NCBI GenBank assembly: GCA_963840855.1
Contig: CAWJBB010000021.1
Location: 1 to 64,000, forward strand
Origin: an uncultured delta proteobacterium
Lineage (GTDB): Bacteria > Desulfobacterota > Binatia > UBA9968
Length of the DNA: 64,000 bases
Reading direction: 5' to 3'
Positions within the stretch are counted from its first letter, which is position 1, and each line of letters opens with the position of its first letter. The notes beneath the pieces were generated by a model. The model saw only the letters and a list, made by a program, of their open reading frames with translations, made no database searches and was not told the origin of the DNA. A program made the position numbers and the translations under genes. Below are positions 51,561 through 59,936 of this stretch, one piece after another.

Positions 51561-52352
51561 AGCGCCTGGTCGAATCGAGTTCTGCTGAAACGCCAGGAGT
51601 TCGATTATCTCGATGACGGGCGTAGCCGCCAGCTCCTGAGCCGCCGATCTCTCAATTGCAGCCTGTCCGTGCTGGAATGCCAAATCTGAAACGAGCGCAA
51701 GCGCCGTATCAGCGCGCACGCTGGTTCGCTTCGCGAACTCGCAGAGACTCGTCGCCGTCATCTGCTCGACGCGCCGATGCTCCCTCAACAGGAATCCGCT
51801 CCTTTCAAAGACCAGGACCGTCTCCTGAATCGTCGGAAGTTGTTGACAAATGGCTCGGGTCGACGGCCAATAGCGAAACAATGTCGGGAACCCATCAAGT
51901 TGATCACCGAAAGTACCCCTCACGAGCACGTGGCCTCCACGACGCACGATCCGGCGAAGCTCGTTCGCGCAGGCATGCCGATCCCGAACGTGATGCCAGA
52001 CCTGGGACATCCATACGAGATCGCAGCTCTCGCCTCGCAATGGAATACACTCTGCGGAGCCGGCAATATACGACAGATTGTTCTGTTTCTCCCCGCTGGC
52101 ACCGATGGCAAGCATCCTGGTCGACGGCTCTACAGCAATGACCTGAATGTCGAACGATCGCGCAAACAGTGTCGCAAAGCGGCCCGTACCTGATCCCAGA
52201 TCCAGAAGCCGAGTGAACTCCGTGTCCTCGACAAACGGCGCAAGAACGGAGGACCATGTTCCGGCAGCTTCGTTCGAAAGGGCCCGCCCGGCCTGATAGT
52301 TGGCCGACATTCGACCCTCGTAGTCAATCACACCGGGAGAGAATTTCTTCAT
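51555..52352 (-). CDS. Class I SAM-dependent methyltransferase (cassette)
   Basis: LLDLGSGTGRF, AVEPS, GSAECIPL; stop codon lies in the attC box. Confidence 0.88.
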   Translation of the reverse strand: MKKFSPGVIDYEGRMSANYQAGRALSNEAAGTWSSVLAPFVEDTEFTRLLDLGSGTGRFATLFARSFDIQVIAVEPSTRMLAIGASGEKQNNLSYIAGSAECIPLRGESCDLVWMSQVWHHVRDRHACANELRRIVRRGGHVLVRGTFGDQLDGFPTLFRYWPSTRAICQQLPTIQETVLVFERSGFLLREHRRVEQMTATSLCEFAKRTSVRADTALALVSDLAFQHGQAAIERSAAQELAATPVIEIIELLAFQQNSIRPGAA

Positions 52353-52375
52353 TCTGGATTGCCGTCTTGCCGACT

Positions 52376-52476
52376 GTCTAACCGCTACGCCTCAGCCGCC
52401 GCGGCCCAACCGAGTCCTTTCGCCTTCACCCAAAGCCGCTCGCGGGCCGCGGTCAGGCTGGAGTCGGGGGTTAGGC
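52376..52476 (-). repeat. attC site (101 bp)
   Basis: GCCTAAC...CAGCCTGACCGCGGCCC...GGGCCGCGGCGGCTGAG...GTTAGAC. Confidence 0.9.
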
Positions 52477-53068
52477 GATTGGTGGCAAGACGTCTTGAAA
52501 CAGTATGCCAAGCAATTGGCCCCCTTCTGGCCGACTCCAATCCTGAGCGAGTTCGGCCATGAGCGTGTTTGTTGCGGTAAACACAACCCCCTCGCGTTCC
52601 ATGCGCCGCCGCGACATATCTTCGGAAAGTTCGAATGGCGACCCTGAAGCGTCCATAACTGCCTGTACTTGGTAGCCCTCGCGACAGGCACTAATTGCCG
52701 GATACACCAAACACACATCGGTGGTTACACCGGCCATGATGAGATTCCTGCGACCTGTCGCTTCGACGGCCTGTTTGAAGTGCGGATCACTCCAGGCGTT
52801 AACAATTCCGGCTCGCTGAACCCTGGCAGCAAACGCCTCAGGAAGAATTTGTTCCAGTTCCGGAAGCAATGGCCCCTGAAGATTCTGCTCCTGCGAACTC
52901 GTAAGGACGACAGGGATGTTCAAGAATCTTGGCTGTTTTGGCAAGAGCCAGCGTGTTTCGTTTGACCACATCAAGTGGGATGTTCTTGATGAGCTTCATC
53001 GTCCCGACTTGATGGTCGATGAGCAAAAGAGCGCTATCAGTGGACGAAAACGTACCGATCATTTGCAA
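52471..53068 (-). CDS. Isochorismatase/YcaC-like cysteine hydrolase (cassette, frameshift near 52925)
   Basis: LLLIDHQVG in one frame; NAWSD, GVTTDVC, DASGS in the next. Confidence 0.88.
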
Positions 53069-53093
53069 TTATCCTCCGTTGCAATTAATGCCG

Positions 53094-53144
53094 CGCTAAC
53101 GAGCCTCGTAGAAGAACCTCGATTTTCGAACGACATGGTTAGTC
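53094..53144 (-). repeat. Degenerate attC (51 bp), left part resembles attC of first cassette
   Basis: GACTAAC...GTTAGCG with poor internal pairing. Confidence 0.55.
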
Positions 53145-53401
53145 GTCACTGTTGATGCCTGCTGCCATAGTCAGTGAAGTGAATTCCGTTGTCGCAGATC
53201 AACAAAAATAGGGCCATGGACTGGTATGTCTGGTTCTCTCGATACGTCGTGGCTGTCTAGTGCCGCGCCGACCGAGGCGATCTTCTCGACTGGCTTGTGC
53301 GCCAAACTGAATAATTGACACTGAACGATCACTTGCTTCTTACCGACGCAAAGTAAATAGTTCGCAGCGCGCTTGGGCAAAGGATACTCGAACACCGGTT
53401 A

Positions 53402-53560
53402 CGGGTCAGGTCTTGTTTCTTGTATCAATGCTCGTCTTCGAACCGGCATCTATCTGACAGCAGGCGTGACAGCCAGCTAAAAGCAACGCCTTTGTCCAAG
53501 ATTTCCAAGAACGTTTTGCGGTCGCCGTCGTAATCGAAAATGACTTTCGGCGTCGCCCAG
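53402..53560 (-). pseudogene. Remnant of REP-associated tyrosine transposase (RAYT/Y1)
   Basis: KVIFDYDGDRKTFLEILDKGVAFSWL/HACCQID resembles the RAYT N-terminus; followed by CAAGACCTGACCC. Confidence 0.5.
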
Positions 53561-53634
53561 GAATGCAATAACTCCAATAGCCCCACATACAACGATTCTT
53601 GAATACATGAGTATATTTCGCGATCCCTTTGTTG

Positions 53635-53722
53635 GCCTAACGGATAGTGGCTCACCCGTGACGGCAACTCCAAAAGAAATCAAGAAAGGCTGGCCGCCGT
53701 CAGGTGCAGCCACGTGTTAAAC
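53635..53722 (-). repeat. attC site (88 bp)
   Basis: GTTTAAC-ACGTGGCTGCACCTGACGGC...GCCGTCACGGGTGAGCCACTATCC-GTTAGGC. Confidence 0.9.
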
Positions 53723-54145
53723 CGCACGTCGAAGGCTGACGCGGTAAGCGACTTGCCACAGCGATACCAAAGTGCAGGCCAAGAATATCCCGTCAGCGAT
53801 GAGATTGACAGTGCCTGAGAATCCTGAAAGAGCCAAGAGATAGATCATGACGTACACAATTCCACCGCCCGCCACGAACGCCAAGACGCTACCGAGCCAA
53901 TGCCGCCTGAACAGCAGTATGGCTGTCAACAGATAGAGAGGAATGAAGAACATGTCAGGGTAGATCAGAGAGACATATGCTTCTTTCGGAAATGCTTCGG
54001 GCCGTTGCCAAGTTCCGGCGAAGACCGACCTGACTGCATACGCCTGGAACAAGCCCCAGATGGCAAACCAAGTAATGGCAAACCAAGGTCTATTCATTGG
54101 GTTCCAATCACGAGAGAATTTCATAGCGGACACTTTGTGTCGCAA
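53717..54145 (-). CDS. Membrane hypothetical protein (cassette)
   Basis: Four hydrophobic segments; stop TAA lies within the attC box. Confidence 0.75.
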   Translation of the reverse strand: MRHKVSAMKFSRDWNPMNRPWFAITWFAIWGLFQAYAVRSVFAGTWQRPEAFPKEAYVSLIYPDMFFIPLYLLTAILLFRRHWLGSVLAFVAGGGIVYVMIYLLALSGFSGTVNLIADGIFLACTLVSLWQVAYRVSLRRAV

Positions 54146-54152
54146 GATGCCG

Positions 54153-54208
54153 GGCTAACGTTGCGGCTGAGAGGCACGAAGCGTCCTTCTCTAGCCGATT
54201 GGTTAGAT
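54153..54208 (-). repeat. attC site (56 bp)
   Basis: ATCTAAC-CAATCGGCTAGAGAAG...CCTCTCAGCCGCAAC-GTTAGCC. Confidence 0.85.
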
Positions 54209-54376
54209 GTCTTACTTCTGAAAGAATCGCGCAAGTCGCCGAATCCGATATTTCGACTGGAGATCTAGGAGCGTTTTGTCCATATTCTGAGAGGCATATA
54301 ATAAGTTAGAGCCGATGGGCGCGCAGCGGAGGGCGAAACCTGTTGGCGGCGCGTCTCTCTCAAGTTAAACAAAAGG

Positions 54377-54405
54377 AAATAAAAGAGCCAGAAGGCATGG
54401 CTCTT
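54377..54405 (-). terminator. Intrinsic terminator at the start of a gene-less cassette
   Basis: AAGAGCCA-N7-TGGCTCTT followed by TTATTT on the cassette strand. Confidence 0.65.
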
Positions 54406-54432
54406 GGTGCTCCCAACAATCTAACATATCGG

Positions 54433-54472
54433 TCTCCGCCCGAGCTTCCGGGTGGAAGATGACCTCCTTCAC
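54433..54472 (-). pseudogene. N-terminal stub of a RelE/ParE toxin
   Basis: GTG overlapping the antitoxin TGA reads MKEVIFHPEARAE, then joins an attC right arm ending GTTAGAT (54419-54425). Confidence 0.65.
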
Positions 54473-54705
54473 GACCGCTTGTTCCGCAACTCAGCAAAGA
54501 TCTCACGGGCCGGTATTCCTTGCACAACTCCGTCGCGCAGTTCTTTAAAGCGCCGCTCTGCCTCTGTGATCCAGAGCTTTTCAATCTCCTCTGGCGACTC
54601 CGCGGTTCCCTCCAGGCTTGATAGGAGGCGCACCACAAGCCGTGTACGATCCTCGGGCGACAACCGCAACGCGTCCTTCTCTATTTCAGGTAAGGAATGC
54701 GCCAT
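54469..54705 (-). CDS. Addiction module antitoxin (TIGR02574-like), cassette
   Basis: ALRLSPEDRTRLV..LLSSL, EKLWITEAERR, GIPAREIF; AAGGAG RBS and TGnTATCCT extended -10 upstream. Confidence 0.85.
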   Translation of the reverse strand: MAHSLPEIEKDALRLSPEDRTRLVVRLLSSLEGTAESPEEIEKLWITEAERRFKELRDGVVQGIPAREIFAELRNKRS

Positions 54706-54748
54706 ATGATTCTCCTTGCCGGTCAGGATAGCACGGGATTTCAGCTCT

Positions 54749-54829
54749 CGCTAACGTCCGCGTTGAACGGCGCTCGCAAGCGAGCGAAGCCTCGTTTGCG
54801 AGCGTCCGTTTTCGAACGCGTGGTTAGTC
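54749..54829 (-). repeat. attC site of first cassette (81 bp)
   Basis: GACTAAC-CACGCGTTCGAAAACGGACGCTCGCAA...TTGCGAGCGCCGTTCAACGCGGAC-GTTAGCG. Confidence 0.92.
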
Positions 54830-55210
54830 GTCACTGTTTGCTCGCCACGATGCTGCGGTAAGTCGTTCAATTGCCGCATAGTACCGGGTTCGGGCCGTGT
54901 CCGGGATGTCTTGCTCTTTAAGGAGAACGTAAATTTCCTCGGCGACCACAGAGCCGATAGCGTGAACCGCGTCGTGTCTTGAGAGGCCTTCTCTGACCAG
55001 GCGATCGAGCGCTCTGACAACTGGCTCGTCCGCCAAAGCGAGTTGATTCTCAACAACCACGTGCACCGACGCATGAAGTGTTCGCGCGCGCTTAGGCAAA
55101 GAAACTCGCGTATCTCGGTGATGCTCTTGCACCAATAGGATTCGTTCACCCTCATCAAGCGCAAGCCAATCTTTGGAATCAGGGGCGACCTGAGGATCGT
55201 ACTGGTCCAT
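54824..55210 (-). CDS. Hypothetical protein, DUF1841-like (first cassette)
   Basis: WLALDEGERI, HASVHVVVENQL, GLSRHDAVHAIG; stop codon inside attC. Confidence 0.75.
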   Translation of the reverse strand: MDQYDPQVAPDSKDWLALDEGERILLVQEHHRDTRVSLPKRARTLHASVHVVVENQLALADEPVVRALDRLVREGLSRHDAVHAIGSVVAEEIYVLLKEQDIPDTARTRYYAAIERLTAASWRANSDD

Positions 55211-55224
55211 CGCTTACTTGTGAC

Positions 55225-55415
55225 GACTAACTATTAAGTGAGCTGTTTAGGCCACGCCGTTCCTGGCCGCCTATCCCAAACAGCCTTACACGACCTTTAG
55301 GATTACTCGTTGAACTGTATCGCTTACTTGCGACGCGAAAGTCAAGACACGTTTTCCGACAATTGCCGCCGGCATGGCGGCCTATCCCCCTATGGGCCCG
55401 CAGTCTATCCCCGAG
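55225..55415 (-). promoter_or_regulatory. Integron platform: putative Pc and attI (core GTTAGTC 55225-55231)
   Basis: GTTAGTCGTC at the array start is the exact complement of GACGACTAAC ending cassette 1. A TTGACT...TACAGT promoter-like motif has a long 20 nt spacer. Confidence 0.75.
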
Positions 55416-55429
55416 GCGATAACGCGTAT

Positions 55430-55967
55430 TCAAAGTCTCAGTAGCCGGTCCGCTGGACTTTGAACACCTCGGCCACCGCGATTTAGAACGTGGGTGTAGA
55501 TCATCGTTGTGCTGACATCGCGATGCCCCAGTAACTCCTGAACCGTCCGAATGTCATACCCGTCCTCTAGCAGATGGGTCGCAAAAGAATGCCGCATCGA
55601 ATGGCACGTCGCTTGCCTTGCGATCCCGGCGTTGCGAGCAGCCTCTCGCACGGCTTTTTGTAGCACTGATTCGTGAAGATGATGCCTGAATTGTTGTCCT
55701 GTTACGCGGTCAACGTAGTATCTCAGCGCTGGAAAAACCCATTGCCATCCCCACTCTTGCCCAGCGTTTGGATATTTCCGATCCAGCGCATTGGGCAACA
55801 CAACTCGGCCTAAGTTCTTGTCGATATCGTTCTGGTGCTGCCGTTTACCATCGTCGAGGTGCTTGATGAGCAAGTCTTTGACGTTTCGGAGGCGTTGCCG
55901 GTGCATTGACCGCGGCGCTGCCCTCGATTTGATTTCTGTTCAGTGGGTATATCTTGTCGCTTTCCAT
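55430..55967 (-). pseudogene. intI: Integron integrase with large internal deletion
   Basis: GGGAGG RBS and MESDK...ATPPK jump to VKDLLIKHL. Retains IntI patch [59 protein letters not shown]. Confidence 0.9.
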
Positions 55968-56002
55968 ATTGTTTCCTCCCGTAGTCGCCGTTCAAGGATC
56001 AA

Positions 56003-56781
56003 TCATAAGATTCTTCTTTGAAATCGAAAACCGTCACGATTAGCTGAGAGTTGGCTCGAGTTCCTGAGGCGTGGGAGCGGCATCTCGTCCCATGTCCTCC
56101 CGTCCAGTTCACGGCCGGTACTTTTCTTTCTTGTTCCACCCCACTGCTTGAAGAAGAAAGGCACACCTTGAGCAATGCATCGGTCCCTAATCTGTTGTAC
56201 CCACCGTGGGTCCAATTGCGGCTCCAGGGCCGGATTCTCCTCCAACAATTACCCAATGAATTCCTCTGTAGCGGCAATCGAGGAATCGGTCCCAACAGGG
56301 GCTCGACAGATAGAAACCGAACAGACTGCTGGCACTTTTCGTCAAGTGATCCGATCCGATAGGTATAGTCGACTATTCTCAACGCTCACGCCCATCCAAA
56401 TGTTATCGTGCCAAGGAAGCTTTCCAGCGAGTTCAACGAGTCTCTCCGATCGCTTGGTCAGAATCTGAAACGTGTGCCAATGAGCTTTTCCCATGACATC
56501 AAAAATCGCTGGATAAAATCAAGCGGCACATCGGGATGAAACAGATCACTCATCGAATTGACAAAGATCTTCCGCGGCTGACCCCACCGCAAGGGCTGTT
56601 CAAGTAGATCGTCGTGCAAAGTGACATCGAAATTGTTCCTGTACCTCGCCTGCCCCATGGCATGTAACCGCCGCGCCATGCGATGCGCGTAGCAATTCTT
56701 ACATCCAGGGCTGATCTTCGTGCAGCCAGTTACCGGGTTCCAGGTTGCATCGGTCCATTCAATCGCCGAATCTTGAGCCAT
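56003..56781 (-). CDS. DUF5131 / phage Gp37-Gp68 family three-Cys-motif protein (frameshifted)
   Basis: [70 protein letters not shown] across frames. Confidence 0.9.
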
Positions 56782-56788
56782 ATTTACC

Positions 56789-57651
56789 TCATAAAAATCT
56801 GAAGCCTGTTTGCGGATCTGAATATTTCTTTGTTTCCTTCCAAAATTTTGGACCTAACTTATGCTTGCTGTACAGCGCGAGTCGATATAGCGGCAAATTC
56901 TTCTCGTCAGATCGAATCAGAAGTGCTTCTTTTACACCTGGGTCAATGTAGCCCAGTTTCTGCATCGAGCGTCCAAACTCCTCAACAACGAAATTCTCGA
57001 ATGATTTGCCGGTCGCCTTTTCTTTACTCCCAACGACTACGCCAATCTGCGTTACCAACAAAATGCTCCAGTGTCTTATTTCGAGGCTGTGTGTAGTTTT
57101 GCTCATTGCGATTTGCGTCCATGCTGGATGGAATAAGTACCAGAAAATCCATAAATCTTTGCGACAGCGCTTCTATTGTTGAAAAATGCAAGTTCTGCAT
57201 CTGAAATGGATCGAGAAAACAAAACCCCAGGACCCTTTGGTTCCTTCCGGGTCGTGGCATCTCCGCAATAATATTATCTACCGATGCGTTGGCATTCCCA
57301 GTGATAATCTTTACGTTCCTGTTCGGAAAATCCCGTCGACACCTCGTTTCAAGAGCTTCGGCAAAGTTCTTGTCTCCTTCACAGAAAATATATTTGTCGA
57401 ATGCTTCAGGCATTCCAAGGATCAGAAGAGGCGACGCAGCTGACTATTCGTCTTGTCCCACGAATTCGAGATCGCCCAGAGCCAGCAAACAAATCCAAAT
57501 AAACAAGAGCATCCCACTTGGTACGCATAGATTTTATGAAGAGCGACGCGTACAGTTGGACTTGGCGATATTTCTCTTCACCCCAAGCTCCAATCTCGGG
57601 TGTTGGCAATCCGTCGTCATCCAGCTGTTTTAGCGGTTCAATGTTTGCCAT
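56789..57651 (-). CDS. tcmP: Three-Cys-motif partner protein (SAM-methyltransferase-like fold, frameshifted)
   Basis: [41 protein letters not shown] across three frames; ends 7 nt upstream of DUF5131. Confidence 0.8.
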
Positions 57652-57737
57652 ATAGAGAGTTTGCAACCATGCAACTTATATTGAGGCATCATTCTGGATC
57701 AACAGAAATTTTCACGCATCCGCATGATTACTCCGTA

Positions 57738-57776
57738 CGTTTGGAACGATTGGAACTTCTGGAACGTTTGGAACCG
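57738..57776. repeat. TTGGAAC nonamer array at the imuB stop
   Basis: TTTGGAACG-ATTGGAACT-TCTGGAACG-TTTGGAACC. Confidence 0.8.
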
Positions 57777-57779
57777 TGT

Positions 57780-59291
57780 TTATTCAATAGATCCTTGCAA
57801 AAACCATCTTCGTCTTAGCCGATCATAGTACAGCCATAAAATATCGCCGCGGCGGGTTTCGGCGTAGTAATATTCGCGCTGGATTTCTTTGCGCCACCAG
57901 CCGCCGGAGAAAACATAGGGCCCGGTGAGCCGGTCGACGGTGCCGTACTTGGGGCCCAAAATGAGCCAGCCGTCTTCGTGGGTGTGATAGGGTCCGCCGG
58001 GGAGCAAAACCGGTTTGGCGACGATCCGGCGCACCAACATTTGGGTCGTCCTTCGACGTTGCTCAGGACAGGGGGGGAGCTTGACGCGGTCGAGGGGCTC
58101 CCAGGCGAAGCGCGCTTCGGGTAGATGGCCGTCTTTCAGCGTTGCGTGCACGACGGCTTCGTCGCCGAATTCCGCGCGCAATCGCGCCAGCGCGCGGTTG
58201 GCGGCGTCGAGATCGCGCGCAGGCTGCTCGGCAAAAAGATGCAGCTGTTCTCGGGTCGCGGCGCACACCTCCGCTTTTAATTCAATCTCGATGGCGCCGG
58301 CGGAGAATTTCAGCGACTCCAGTCGCAGGCGGACCAGGTCGATTATTTGCGCTTCCTCCAGCGTCGGCGTTGCCGGACGGATCTGCTCCTTAAGCCAGCC
58401 GCTGCGATCGATTAGGAAAGACAGCCAAAGCACTGCGAGTGCCTGGGCGCGCTTGGCGAGCGCCGCCAGCAGCGGATGGAGCATTTGCTTGATGAGAAAG
58501 AGCAGCCGCGTGGCATCGCTTTCCGGATCGTCGAGGATGCGTCTTTGCGCCACCGGTTCTTCGGGTCTGCTTGGATCGAGAGGCGCCCAGAGCTCGCCGG
58601 CGGCCATTTGATGCAGACGATAAGCCTCGGCGCCGAAGCGCTCGCGCAATCCCGCCGGCGGCAAAGAAAGCAAGGCGCCGACGGTTTTGATGCCGAGCTT
58701 GAAAAGCGCGTCGCGAAAGTGCGGATCGATATGCAAGCGAGCCAGCGGGATTTTGTTCGCCGCGCTCCGTTCTTCGGCGGCATCGCGAAAAATCGTGATA
58801 CCCCTTTGGGCCTTGACCACCGCGTAAGTGCCGAAGCGGGTGAGACCGACGGCGACGCTGGCCGCGAGACACTGCATTGCTATCTCCTGGCGAATGGCAT
58901 GGGCCCAATGGCGCGGCGAGGAATAGAGACGCTGCAGCCCCGCGCCGTTGAGCCAGAAAACTCCGGGCTCGCTTGCAGAAGGCTCGACTTCGGGCGAAAA
59001 ACCCATAAGCCGGCGGGTCAGCTCGGCGACCGATTGCGTGATTTCTTTCGGCGCGACTGCGCCGGCGCGCAGCCCTGAAGCCAGAGAAAGCGCCGCGGCG
59101 TAGCGCAGGCCCGGCAGCACGCCCGATTGCCGCGCCTGCTCATTGACCCAGAGAACCACTCCCTGCGGCTTATCCTCGGCGACCACCGCTGCGGGCTGGG
59201 CCGCCCAACCGGGATGCCGTTTGAGCAGTAACTGCAGCGGAAAGGCCGGCAGATCAACACAGGCCAGCCGGCCCAAAGTAGAGCTCTTCAT
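57780..59291 (-). CDS. imuB: ImuB-like inactive Y-family polymerase
   Basis: LACVDLPAFP (no catalytic DxDxF), FSPEVEP, LGIKTVG, C-terminal GPYVFSGGWW..REYYY...WFLQG. Confidence 0.88.
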   Translation of the reverse strand: MKSSTLGRLACVDLPAFPLQLLLKRHPGWAAQPAAVVAEDKPQGVVLWVNEQARQSGVLPGLRYAAALSLASGLRAGAVAPKEITQSVAELTRRLMGFSPEVEPSASEPGVFWLNGAGLQRLYSSPRHWAHAIRQEIAMQCLAASVAVGLTRFGTYAVVKAQRGITIFRDAAEERSAANKIPLARLHIDPHFRDALFKLGIKTVGALLSLPPAGLRERFGAEAYRLHQMAAGELWAPLDPSRPEEPVAQRRILDDPESDATRLLFLIKQMLHPLLAALAKRAQALAVLWLSFLIDRSGWLKEQIRPATPTLEEAQIIDLVRLRLESLKFSAGAIEIELKAEVCAATREQLHLFAEQPARDLDAANRALARLRAEFGDEAVVHATLKDGHLPEARFAWEPLDRVKLPPCPEQRRRTTQMLVRRIVAKPVLLPGGPYHTHEDGWLILGPKYGTVDRLTGPYVFSGGWWRKEIQREYYYAETRRGDILWLYYDRLRRRWFLQGSIE

Positions 59292-59855
59292 GTTTCCACG
59301 CCGGTCCCCGCCGTTTATCCTTGAGCACCCGAAGCGCGCAGGCAAAGCGATTTTCCAAGGCCCTTTTTTTTTCCGCGTGGGCCCTGAGCGAGACCAGCGA
59401 GCCGAGCGAAAAATCTTTCCGTTCTTTTTCCGTCAAGCAAACCACCGCGGTATGGTGATGATGCGCGAGGCCGGTCAAGCGGCTCTGCAGCGGCATGGGG
59501 ATATCGGCGCCGCCGAGATCGAGCACGATCAAGCCGAAGCCGCCGGAGCGCAAAAGTTTTTCGCCCGCGCGCGCGATGTTTTCCGCGGCGCTGAGCCGGA
59601 TCACCACCAGCGCCGCTAGATCGGTTCCGCCCTGGGCCGCGTCAGGTGGATAGAAAGCACTCTGCGCCCCGGTGACCCAACCCACCGGTTCACCTCGCTC
59701 CTGAGTTTCCCGCACCAGGCCGAAGGCCACGGTCAACGAGGCCGCGGCCGCCGACGCGGAAATTTCCACCAGCCGGCCGGCGACCTCCGCAGAAATTCCA
59801 CAGGGCCTTGGAAGTAATAACTGGGCGAAGTTTTTGCGCAGGAAGAAAGCATCAT
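59254..59855 (-). CDS. imuA: ImuA-like RecA-fold protein (5' end frameshifted)
   Basis: GRLVEIS, FYPPDAAQGG, LLRSGGFGLIVLD, SLGSLVSLR; overlaps the imuB start. Confidence 0.82.
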
Positions 59856-59861
59856 ACCTGT

Positions 59862-59936
59862 CGTTCAAGTCGTTCAAAACGTTCAACGAAGTTTAACGGT
59901 TCCAAAGGTTCCAAGACCGTTCCAATGGTTCCAACG
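59862..59936. repeat. GTTCAA/GTTCCAA nonamer array between four-helix-bundle gene and imuA
   Basis: GTTCAAGTC-GTTCAAAAC-GTTCAAC ... four GTTCCAA units. Confidence 0.85.

Larger units (their letters stand above)
46152..55967 (-). mobile_element. Chromosomal integron: deleted intI, Pc/attI and cassette array
   Basis: IntI-specific motifs, attI core at 55225-55231, and a series of RYYYAAC...GTTRRRY palindromes each just downstream of a co-oriented small gene. The distal boundary is uncertain. Confidence 0.9.

Noticed and set aside
47568-56781. Prophage (GH19 endolysin-like gene, Gp37/Gp68 family gene, tyrosine recombinase)
   Set aside because: No structural, terminase or replication genes; the recombinase has the IntI patch and GH19 is bounded by attC sites.
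56003-57651. Programmed ribosomal frameshifting in tcmP/DUF5131
   Set aside because: Several shifts per gene with no consistent slippery site; sequencing indels or decay are simpler explanations.
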